From the NCBI GenBank assembly GCA_965644295.1, contig CBFFRP010000399.1, positions 1 to 64,000 on the forward strand: DNA of 64,000 nt. Reading direction: 5' to 3'. The position numbers and the translations under genes are program-made. The DNA comes from Paraphysomonas bandaiensis. Its lineage: Eukaryota; Protista; Chrysophyceae. The notes beneath the pieces are model-generated. The model searched no databases. It had not been told where the DNA came from and worked only from the letters and a program-made list of their open reading frames with translations. Shown here piece after piece: positions 1-10,087 of this stretch. Positions within the stretch are counted from its first letter, which is position 1, and each line of letters begins with the position of its first letter.

Positions 1-19
1 GTTTTATTGGGGACAGCCA

Positions 20-2293
20 GTGGTGTCAGTGGTATTACGTCAACAGCAGTCTAAATTTACTTTTGCACCGCATGCTGAGTATGGATTCGCCGTAGGATCA
101 ACATGTTGTGCGAATGGAGCAACATTGGTGTATATACCAGCTCGGGGGAGTAGAAAATTTTATGTGCGTAGAGATGTGCGAGCGGTAAAGTTGGGATTAG
201 AGGATAGAGTCAGATCCATGAAGGAGATCCAAGAAATGAATCCTACGATTTCTGAGGATGGTACAATAAATTTTCCGTCAATAAAAGCGGCATCTCAGGA
301 CTATGTTGAGTTGTGTGCGGCACCATGGCATCCTAGTCATGAAATGTTGGACGATGATGCTATTTTGGCTAAAGACCTTGACAGTATGGAAGCGATTTGT
401 AGTGATAAAGTTTCAGGAGTTCAGGAGGGTGTGGAAGAGCGTTTGGGTTGGTCTAGTACAGCAGGGGATAATGTATTACTGGACTACGATGGAGTACTTG
501 CGAAAAAGCCAGCGGAGCAACCTTCGACATGTGTTTCTCCTGAATTATGTACGGATAAGGAGGTGTATCGCAAACGTGGAAGACCACGAAAGGATGCAGA
601 GCATGTTGTGTTACACGACTCAAATTTGGATGAGTTGTGTGTGGCTAAGCGGCTACGTGGAGAGAGACAGCCTGTTCAGCGATATACACCGGTAGTGACG
701 ACTGCACAACGAAAGCCGAGAGATAGCTCGAGGGATCCGACATTGAATGAGGCTATTAACGGTCTCGAGTGGGATAAGGTGTGGAAACCAGCATGTGAAA
801 AGGAATTGTCAACTTTAGCAGAGAGAGAAACTGGAGAGCAAGTATTGGCGGAAGATATTCCTCATGGGGCTCCGATTTATCCGACGAAGTTTGTTTTGCA
901 TAAGAAAGAGGATGCTATGGGAAATATGCAGGAAGCAAAAGCACGCTTGGTTGTTATCGGAAATTGGATTCAAGGTGTATTCCAGAGTTTATTTGCTCCA
1001 ACGTCGCATGAAAAGTCGTTGAAACTCTTGTTTGCTATAGCTATTATGTTTAGTTTAATTGTCGTCGGTATCGACATAAAAGGGGCGTTTCTGTATCCAG
1101 AGATGTCTGAGCCAGTGTATATTCAGCTTCCATCTCAAATTACAGATAATATTTCAGTGTTTTGGAAACTAAAAAAGACGTTATATGGACTGCCGGAGAG
1201 TCCTTCAGCATTTTATAATGATGTATCAGGGTTTTTACTGCGGTATGGATATACTCGAACGGCAGCGGATCCGTGTATGTTCTATAAACGAAGGGGTTCG
1301 AAATTAATTATGATGGTGGTGCATGTGGATGATTTTGCAGTGGCAAGTACGGATCAGGAGTTAATTGATGATCTGTTGCGAACGCTAAGGGTGAGATATG
1401 CGTTGAAGGTATCAGAATCTCTTGAGACTTTCCTGGGAATTCACATCGAACATTTGCCGGATGGAACTATGTGTCTGACGCAACCTAAACAGATTGATGA
1501 GCTGGTGAAGGAGTATGGACTTCAGAAGCTGAAATATGCAAATGTGCCTATGTCGTCAAAATTTTCGGATGAAGATCAGGATGACTCACCGCGCTGTGAT
1601 TATACTCGGTATATGAGGTTGCTAGGGAAGTTATTGTTTATTATTAAAACTCGACCAGACATTGCATATGCGGTGAATCGACTGGCTACACGTGCTCAGT
1701 GGTGTACGGAGAAGGATTTTCAGGCTCTGCTTCGTGTTGTAAGTTACCTGGGGGGAACACGAGAAATGGGCATATGTTTTCACAGAACAGCTAAAGCTGA
1801 TGCAGCAGCGGCGACGCGTTTGTTTTGTTTTGTTGACGCTACGTATGCATCGCACCCAGATTCTCGATCCCAAACGGGATACTGCTTCTCATTGGGAGAT
1901 TTTGCAGGGATGTTTTACTCTAGGTCGACAAAGCAAACGAATGTGACGCTGTCGTCTACTGAGAGTGAGAATTCTGCAGCAGTCGAGGCTACAAAAGAGA
2001 TTATATGGTTTAGACAATTGCTAGCGGAATTGGGGTTTGAGCAGTTGGAACCCACTCTAATTTTTGCGGATAATGCGTCGATGATTACTCTGGCTGAGGA
2101 TTTTAGTGGAAATCATAAGAGGGTCAAGCATTATATTACAAGAGTAAACTTTTTAATTGAGCAGGTGCGTGAAGGAGTGATAAGGTTTCAACACGTGCCA
2201 TCAGAATCAAATGTTGCTGATATTCTGACTAAACCTTTGGGTCCTGTTGATTTTCATCGCCTTCGGCCGCTGTTGCTTGGAATGAAGGAGTAA
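20..2293 (+). CDS. Copia Pol fragment (integrase C-terminal region, reverse transcriptase, RNase H); 5'-partial
   Basis: Motifs KARLV, DIKGAFL, LKKTLYGL, DPCMF, VHVDD, TRPDIAYAV, FVDATYA, SSTESE, ADNAS, ADILTKPL, in copia RT then RNase H order. Confidence 0.95.
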   Translation: MVSVVLRQQQSKFTFAPHAEYGFAVGSTCCANGATLVYIPARGSRKFYVRRDVRAVKLGLEDRVRSMKEIQEMNPTISEDGTINFPSIKAASQDYVELCAAPWHPSHEMLDDDAILAKDLDSMEAICSDKVSGVQEGVEERLGWSSTAGDNVLLDYDGVLAKKPAEQPSTCVSPELCTDKEVYRKRGRPRKDAEHVVLHDSNLDELCVAKRLRGERQPVQRYTPVVTTAQRKPRDSSRDPTLNEAINGLEWDKVWKPACEKELSTLAERETGEQVLAEDIPHGAPIYPTKFVLHKKEDAMGNMQEAKARLVVIGNWIQGVFQSLFAPTSHEKSLKLLFAIAIMFSLIVVGIDIKGAFLYPEMSEPVYIQLPSQITDNISVFWKLKKTLYGLPESPSAFYNDVSGFLLRYGYTRTAADPCMFYKRRGSKLIMMVVHVDDFAVASTDQELIDDLLRTLRVRYALKVSESLETFLGIHIEHLPDGTMCLTQPKQIDELVKEYGLQKLKYANVPMSSKFSDEDQDDSPRCDYTRYMRLLGKLLFIIKTRPDIAYAVNRLATRAQWCTEKDFQALLRVVSYLGGTREMGICFHRTAKADAAAATRLFCFVDATYASHPDSRSQTGYCFSLGDFAGMFYSRSTKQTNVTLSSTESENSAAVEATKEIIWFRQLLAELGFEQLEPTLIFADNASMITLAEDFSGNHKRVKHYITRVNFLIEQVREGVIRFQHVPSESNVADILTKPLGPVDFHRLRPLLLGMKE

Positions 2294-2412
2294 ACAGGGA
2301 AGAGAAATTAAAATTTATAATATATGCATGATGTGTTGAGTATTTCGTGATATTATATAACTAATTATGGTGTTATTCAGATTCTGAATCAACGAGTATT
2401 CTCGTTATCTTC

Positions 2413-2947
2413 TTGTCTTCGGACAATATTGCCTGCGTTTCATTTGGGATGTTAAAGCCTATGACACAGAGCACTTTATGTTTTCTATAGGCAAAGGCCT
2501 GCGTTTCATTTGGGATGTTAAAGCCTATGACACAGAGCATTATTTTATTCTGCCTATAGACAATTGCCTGCGTTTCATTTGGGATGTTAAAGCCTATGAC
2601 ACAGAGCACTTTATGTTGTCTATAGGCAAAGGCCTGCGTTTCATTTGGGATGTTAAAGCCTATGACACAGAGCATTATTTTATTCTGCCTATAGACAATT
2701 GCCTGCGTTTCATTTGGGATGTTAAAGCCTATGACACAGAGCACTTTATGTTGTCTATAGGCAAAGGCCTGCGTTTCATTTGGGATGTTAAAGCCTATGA
2801 CACAGAGCATTATTTTATTCTGCCTATAGACAATTGCCTGCGTTTCATTTGGGATGTTAAAGCCTATGACACAGAGCACTTTATGTTGTCTATAGGCAAA
2901 GGCCTGCGTTTCATTTGGGATGTTAAAGCCTATGACACAGAGCATTA
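2413..2947 (+). repeat. Tandem array: 8 identical 43-bp units separated by alternating 23- and 26-bp spacers (135-bp higher-order period)
   Basis: gcctgcgtttcatttgggatgttaaagcctatgacacagagca starts at 2431, 2497, 2566, 2632, 2701, 2767, 2836 and 2902. Spacers run A,B,A,B,A,B,A. Confidence 0.97.
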
Positions 2948-2954
2948 AGGGGGG

Positions 2955-3464
2955 GGTTGTGACTCAGTCGAGCAATAGCCGATTGATGTCATGGTATTTA
3001 ATATTTATTTATAGGTTCATAATCTTATGGACGATAAGCAGATCAGGCGTTGGACTGAACATAGGAGGGTGTGTTGTCATCCCCGTATAGGACATTGACT
3101 GTCGTTGGATTGTGAGCTTGGCTTGGTAGTATACAGCAGTATACTGCACTATACAGTGGGTGCCTGGTATACAGGATATATACATTGTAGTGAAGACAGC
3201 CAGCTACAGTATACAGTAGAGTAACGGTATACCATTATACGGTGTATGATGACAATACTAGGTAGGATATGTACAGTCCAATATGTACAGTGGATTGGTA
3301 TAGAGTAAGGGCATATATATGCCCAAGGTGTGAGCTGTAGGTGTAGTCTGTGATAGAAGATAGATTAGAATGCTAGTCATTATTATCACAGATAACCTCT
3401 GATAAAACAAGTTAATAACACTATCGTTTACTATCAACTTGTGGCTTGTTATTGCCTTACAACA
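2955..3464 (+). repeat. 3' LTR of copia element A
   Basis: Follows the PPT, begins (g)GTTGT/TGTG and ends ACAACA. Homologous fragments at ~26060-26135 and ~27055-27113 end at the same CAACA. Confidence 0.8.
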
Positions 3465-3519
3465 AGTACTTAATATGATATAGATATATTATCATGCTGA
3501 TAAGAAGAGACGAGGAACT

Positions 3520-4272
3520 ATGAAAGCATACAAAAGTAGAGATATTTACAGATGTTTTTGGAGTCCAGTTGAAGGTGAACCAAACAAGCACGAGTGCAAA
3601 GTCAGTGGGCGCAGACGACAACAGAATATTCGGAATGGATACAACAATTTAAAGAATCACACGATATCACATGATGACTGGGAAGAGTCAATTACGAAGT
3701 AATTACGGGCTATCTACACCACTAGTCCAATGGATGCTTTCGTCTTCCAACCGTCCGATAAAGCAAGAAACATTTATGACGGGCAGAGTAGATTGTTGAA
3801 TTGAACCTTCCATTCACTTTCTGTGAGAAGAAAATAAATAGAAAGAAGCCTTGTTTGAGTAAAATGACTGCAAAGGCACTTAAGAAGTATTTGGGACTTT
3901 TGCAGGTGAAAGTACGTGAAATCATAAAAGATATGCTTCCACCTACATTTGGTCTAATAATTGACGGATGGACCACAGACTCTCACCACTACAGTGCCAT
4001 ATTTGCCACCTTTTGTGGCCGGATGCATGCATATCTCAATTAATTTTGAATGAATGTGGCGATGACGACGTCACCGATGATGGCTCCGATAATGAGTACG
4101 AGGACAGTTGTGATTAACTAAACAGTAGGTAGTCTTCGCTTTTGGCGAGGAAGTGGGTTTGGTTAATATGTGAACTTAATGACGGGTACTTCATATGGAA
4201 TCTACGCAATGGTTTATTTGCTGAATAATGATACTAATATATTACAATATATTGCAATAGTATTGTTGGACC
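3520..4272 (+). pseudogene. Degenerate hAT-like transposase relic
   Basis: BED-finger-like CKV..R.Q...GYNNLKNH...H, then LPFTFCEK and LPPTFGLIIDGWT..HYSAIFAT, with stops and frameshifts. Subterminal caatatattgcaata motifs near 4245-4260. Confidence 0.75.
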
Positions 4273-4354
4273 AGAGTTGAACTACAAAGTATTGACTTCG
4301 TGAATTGCGAATAATGATTAGTGATTACAGATGTAACATTCATGTGAAATTTTT

Positions 4355-4519
4355 TGTTTCTGACTAGGTGAATACCATAAACATATAAACATCTAGTCAA
4401 TCTGGTCACCCTAGTCATTGTAAACTGAAAATATGAATTATTAAATGACTAGGTTTTAACACCAATTTTGGTGTGGCTACGAAATTACACCAAATTGACT
4501 AGGTTGAATAATAGATCCC
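4355..4519 (+). mobile_element. Right-half fragment of the CTAGTCA-rich MITE family
   Basis: Colinear with 15365-15530 (tgactaggtgaatacc...aaactgaaaatatgaattattaaatgactagg...tgactaggttgaataata). Confidence 0.75.
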
Positions 4520-4580
4520 ACAAAATAAACATAGCCCTACCTCATACGTACTGATGTATTGTGCGTAAAGTAACAAACAT

Positions 4581-6512
4581 TTACGCGAAAATCAATATCA
4601 TCAAAACTGCAAAAGGAATAGCAGACCACTTTTTATTCAAATGAATTCTGTTCGCATCACTCTTCCCGCCGCCTATTTCAATTTCACAATAATCTCCTTC
4701 GTTTAGTCCTTCGCACTCACAACCATCATAATTGGTGGGGTTACAGGTACCACTGTGCATACATATGCGCACTCAGTCAGATATTTCAAGTCACATATCT
4801 ACTCACAGATTGTTGCATGGAACTCCTCCTCTGTCACACAAGAGCCCTGGCATTCCTTTGTAAACGACATCTTTAACAGTACCGTCACCATCTTGATCAC
4901 CACCCAAAATATACAATGTATCAGGCTGACGAGCACAAATTACATACATATCATATTTTTTAAATGTGTTATCTCACCCCTTCGCTCGATGGAAACACTT
5001 CCAAAGTCAACCCCCAAAGCCCTAAGAATAGAAGCTCACCATCGATAATAGTTTCGGCCCACTCACTGGAGGAGTACAATTCAAGCGGACTGCTTCCACC
5101 ACCTTGTCTATAATTCACCATAGTCCAAGAAGATCCGTTTACAGACCAGTACACACTCACTGAAGCTGACATTTTGCTGACTCTCTTGTTTCCAAAGTCT
5201 CCAATAAACCCTCCACCAACTATCCACATCCGAGGAACAACGGATGACGAGCCTCCTAATTCTAGCACCGCCATACCGAACCATGCTAACTCTCCGAATT
5301 CTGTCTGTGATGCAATCATGGTCCAATTCTTACCATCTTCAGTGAACCATACATCCCCCTGGCTCCGAAGTCCATCAAATCTATCGTCATCTTCCAGCCA
5401 TCCTCCATAACCACCAGCAAACACCATCCTACTTCCTGTAACGGAGTCAGGGTAAGGTTGATTCACTAGTCCCATGCCACATCTAGGAGACCATGGCGCC
5501 TGTACACTGCGTCATTACGACAACATCAATATCTTAAACATACGCTGTCAAGCTGCTCCCAGTCTATCCCATAGGTATACGGCATATACCTGCAAACAAC
5601 AATTACAGATGCTACTATTTTCAGTGATCACCCACATCGCTCTCGTTAAGGGGGGTTCCCTATCATCTACGCGGTAAATAGATCTCAGAACCCATACTTC
5701 ACTGTTTAAAGGTGTGCCGCCCATTATCCATAGCGTATTATTATATACGACCGATCCGTGCCACCCACGTGGTGACCATGGAGCATAATGCACGAAGCTA
5801 AATATAAAGTGAGGAATTTGACCTTGAAAGAATTAAAAACTTACAACCACGTGATACCATCCTCTGTAACCCAAACATCATTCATTGCGCTTGGTGCAAA
5901 TCCTCCGGTAAGTATCATCAAATCATCAACTTCATCATTATCAATATCCACGGCATCGAGACCGTGTCCGTATCTGGCATACCTGGCCAAAATTTAAATG
6001 TAGCCACTACTATTGTTCAAATACACACCATGGTGCCACCTAAATAGAACGCATGACATAAAGTCTACAAAATTTAAATAGCTTACAGGTCCAGGTTGAA
6101 GAGCGTCCTGGTTTTGTGCATAGAAATCACCTCTCAGACCTGTAATTTGATTCCAATTCTCTGTATCATTTCCAGTCAAATATAATCAAAGTGATTTTAC
6201 ACTAACTGAAAAATTGCACACCTGCATCACTTGACCACCATACATCTGCAGTTTTATCGCTAAATTCTAAATTATACGTCGGGTACAAGTCAGAATGGCC
6301 CCCAACTAGCCAAATCTTATTTAAAAATATACAACTAGCATGAGCTGGCAGGGAGTTAGAGCGGAATATATTTATACACTATTCATACCATTTCTTCCAC
6401 TCCAGATATTACCCTCTGGAATAAGTTCTTTCCATGTCACTGATGTTTGCGGCAATTGACATCTGACAAAAGCGTTAAGCAATATTACTCCTACACACAA
6501 AATGCCCTTCAT
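4581..6512 (-). CDS. Multi-exon secreted/surface protein with kelch-like beta-propeller repeats, C-terminal EGF-like domain and hydrophobic tail (TM or GPI signal)
   Basis: Signal-like MKGILCVGVILLNAFVRC at 6512. Repeats KIWLVGG..DVWWSSD, WSPRGWHGSVVYNNTLWIMGG and GDVWFTEDGKNW. EGF-like CMHSGTC..CEC..GDYCE, tail AIPFAVLMILIFA*. Short GT-AG introns join the ORF pieces. Confidence 0.75.
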
Positions 6513-6769
6513 CGAGCCTCAAATCAATCGTTTTAGTCAAAATTCTCACAGCAACTCATTATCTGGACAGCAATAATGATGCGTACAGGGTGAGAGTTGA
6601 AATCTTCAAACGATTTTTGACAATCATGATAACTGATTACTTATGAAGGGTGTGGGTGTCAAACTGGTCTAACAAACTCAACGGAAAACCGAAAAATAAT
6701 ATAAAGTGTGGAATTTATATGTGGAAATACGGAATATCCAGGATATTGGACTACGTATTACGTTGTATG

Positions 6770-7210
6770 TTGTATTTTATGATTCATGTGTGCCAAGAAC
6801 TCTTTTGGTGTGTGAAAGAACATAACATACATATATAGAACACACGCCACAGGGCATCATGATATCAGAGACTAACTAACACTGAGTGGCACACCTCTGC
6901 TGTCTTGTCTTAAAAGATATGTGGCTTATAGAGATTGTGTGATGCTGTTAGTGGTAACGACTTCACACATAGATTACACTTGAGCTGAATATGGAACACA
7001 ACCCCTGTGAGCGTATATATGGAGGCGTCTACTGGTACACTGTCAGAAAGGACTCCACCCTCTCCTCTGATTTCATTCTTGGTACTCTTCCTGTAAAATA
7101 GGGTACAATTAACAACATCAGACTATGACGTCATTGCGTTACTATGCGGAGTCGACTATCTGGCACCCTATGTGGGATTGAGACACCAGGACAAAGGCAC
7201 ATAGCGCGAG
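6770..7210 (+). repeat. Unclassified interspersed repeat, copy 1
   Basis: Shares blocks (cactgagt.gcacacctctgctgtctt; tatgacgtcatt; cgac..tctggcacc) with the reverse complement of ~18005-18400. Confidence 0.65.
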
Positions 7211-8542
7211 TACATCTTTATCGAAACCGATGGGCTTTTCTGTTGATTGTCCAATGAACGAGCTTGTAGGTTTACCCTATGTCCGTTCTATATATAATGT
7301 ATACGTTAGCTGCGATGTACGTTGTCTTTCGTGTGATATGTAATTCCGGGCAATTGTTAATTTATTGTGAATAATTGACATTTTCTATGATATTTTCTAC
7401 TTTACATATACCGTAACAGAGGATGCTTTGTATCTAGCCAATCATATATAATATAAATGCCGACCCTGGTAGACTATTTGTAGTTGTGTTTATATTGAGA
7501 TCACTCGGCCTATTTGGTACCTTAATGTACGCTGTAGAGTACATTTTAAATCGGTTATTACCTCGAGTGCATTAGCAATAATATACAGGTTTTATCACCG
7601 GACCTAAATGAGACACTAGGATCTCTAAGTCTACTTCATTTAGGCCAAAAGCAATGCCTATAGCTCTTATCTGCTCTTCACTAGCATTAACAATTGAAGG
7701 GTCAAGTCCTCCTAGCATTAATCTTAAGGTTCTTCTTACTGACTCCAAATTCGAAGGATCTTGTACCCTGTCATTCTCCTCCTTATACATAGTAATCAAC
7801 AATATAAATGAATAACAATAATGAAATCTACAACTACAACACTATCACACTATCTACAAGCAACTTCCAGAGTGCATCTTATTATCAATAATTAGTATGT
7901 ATCTACCTACGATTCCGTGATCAATGGAATGACCATCATTCATATTCAATACCAAACACATCAGTCTAATACGATTGATCACAATAACTTATTATCAATG
8001 TATAAGGGAAGATACATCCAGTATTCTCATTGTAGTTGAAGCCTTGTATACGTACTTCCAAGCACGGTAACTAAACAATAAGCCCTGAAGGAAATACGTA
8101 AAGTACAACTGTATTACTGGATAAATAGTCTATCAGCGTGGATATCAAACCGGAATTCTCCAGTAAACTTCTCCAGCCGCCTTAAGGATCAATACATATA
8201 TATTAATAACATATAGATATATCATCAATCATTACCTTCATCATTATGTTTCATTATTGGTAATCCTGTCTTTCTGTATCTTTTGAATGGATATATAAGT
8301 ATGAATGAAACGCATGAGTTGTCATAGTCATAATATATCATATAGCTTAATGTGAAATATGTGACAATAATAATAATATTCAACCTATGTTGCACATATA
8401 GATAGTATGTACAAACTTAAGCATATACATTAGAGAGCTCATATAGCATAGAATAACCGGATAGCTGGTTATTACATAAACAGCTATAAACAGGTCCCAC
8501 GAAATTGATACCAATCAAAAGTATCATTTATTAGAAATTGAC

Positions 8543-8830
8543 TATTGAGTTCTGCTATATAATATATAAGAACAATTGAAAGCTGTAGTTATAAGGTATT
8601 TAAATTACAGTAGTAAACAGGAGTATTCTTATTAATCGTACTATTATGAGAATGAATGGCGATGCGTATATAGTATATAGTAGTGAAACGGAATATAGTG
8701 ATGCAAGTTGAAGCGACGAAGTAAGATCGTACGAGAAATGGGTGGTAGTAGAGATAACATGAAATTGGTGAATGATAAGAGATATTGATAATAATGGTTA
8801 ATGATTCTCAGCATTGAGTATAAGTTTACC
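8543..8830 (+). repeat. Degraded solo LTR of copia family B
   Basis: tattgagttctgct...caattgaaagctgtag...gtagtgaaacggaatata...gtagtagagataa, colinear with the LTR at 40845. Right end approximate. Confidence 0.6.
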
Positions 8831-9087
8831 TTCAGTTGCTAAGTCAATACTTCTCATATAAGGTCAAACTTTGATAAATTGATTGATAGTTGAGATAACA
8901 TGAATTTTGCTAATGACAATGAATGATAAGTGAGATTGATCATAATTAATAAGTAAAGCATTGAGTGTGATTTACGTTCACTATATCAATCTTTTATCAT
9001 CCTACTATATGTAAATACTAATATTGCCGACTTTTAAGGTTAATGTGGTAACCCATACAGTATTATGGTAGTGTGTGTAGGTACTTG

Positions 9088-9277
9088 CAGGGCCAGTCAA
9101 AATATATTGGATTGCAATACATATTGCAATTATTTATTTTGCTTGCTACAATATAATGATTATTATTTTAGCAAAATTTGGCCTTGCAATATAGTGCAAC
9201 ATACTTAATAATTATTATTGGTCTTGAAAATATTATAGTTTTTATTTTTGGTTGCAATATATTGTTGACTGGCCCTG
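9088..9277. mobile_element. hAT-type MITE (190 bp)
   Basis: TIR CAGGGCCAGTCAA...TTGACTGGCCCTG. 8-bp TSD ggtacttg / gttacttg (1 mismatch). Internal caatatattgca motifs. Confidence 0.9.
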
Positions 9278-9283
9278 GTTACT

Positions 9284-9605
9284 TGTTAGAAATTGACATT
9301 TCTAGTAATAAGACCTTGATAAACACTTATATAGAATTTTATATAATTATATGTGATACCATACTTCGTTCATTGATGTTCACCAACTCTTTTTATCTCT
9401 ACTACACCAACCATTTCTAGTACGATCTTACATCGTCACTATCTTGTACAGTCAGTATATTTCCGTTTCATCACTACAATGGCTATCATATTATTGGTTC
9501 TCATAATACAGCTAGCTACTACTGTATTCTTTGAGTAACGGATATAATTCAAATATCTTGTGGAAACTACAGCTTTTAATTGCTCACAAACAGCAAAACT
9601 CAACA
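9284..9605 (-). repeat. Solo LTR of copia family B
   Basis: Near-identical reverse complement of the LTR at 40845-41166. TG...CA ends. 5-bp TSD GTACT (9081-9085 / 9606-9610). Confidence 0.92.
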
Positions 9606-10087
9606 GTACTTTGTAGGATGATATAGAGTAAGTAGTAGAATGTTAAGGGATTTCTATATGGAAGTAGAAAACTAGTTATTTGTGGCAGGGAAACATCTTC
9701 TAAAATTAGCAATGGGAAAATAGGGACAAGGATATATTTTTAGTATAGCGGAGCTTTGAGAGTTGCAAGAGTAATAAGTTACAGTTAAGTGACGACTGTT
9801 GTAAGAAGGCTTTAGCACTATTCCCTATCATATATCGCCTGTACGCCTGGAAGTGGAAGATACAACTATCAATGTCTCCATCAAGGATGCTCAGACGCTC
9901 GGACACCCGTTGTCTCGTCACTTCGTTCGAAGCTGGAAAGATATCGTGGTATTATTATATATCAAGTATCCGACTGCATTCTACATAAAGCTTTACACAT
10001 AGTTTGTGCGTGCAGTACTTGAAGTTTTCATTGCGTTGCGTACTTCCAGTTAATTTATAACCATTCTACAAAGTACACAACAAACCA

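Larger units (their letters stand above)
1..3464 (+). mobile_element. Ty1/copia LTR retrotransposon A, 3' part (5' end outside window): pol, 3' UTR tandem array, PPT, 3' LTR
   Basis: Copia RT-RNaseH ORF, polypurine tract aagggggggg at ~2947-2956, then a ~510-bp LTR-like segment ending CAACA at 3464. Confidence 0.92.

Noticed and set aside
2431-2565. Self-cleaving ribozyme (hammerhead, twister or pistol) in the repeat unit
   Set aside because: GAAAC and UUAAA words are present, but I found no CUGANGA core or convincing pseudoknot pairing on either strand. An Infernal/Rfam scan would settle it.
2431-2944. CRISPR array
   Set aside because: Only two spacer sequences, alternating. No cas genes. 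It lies in a eukaryotic retrotransposon 3' UTR, so it is a higher-order tandem repeat.
7572-8200. Short minus-strand ORFs (also 9706-9921) as genes
   Set aside because: No recognisable motif, interrupted by stops, and embedded in repeat-rich DNA.
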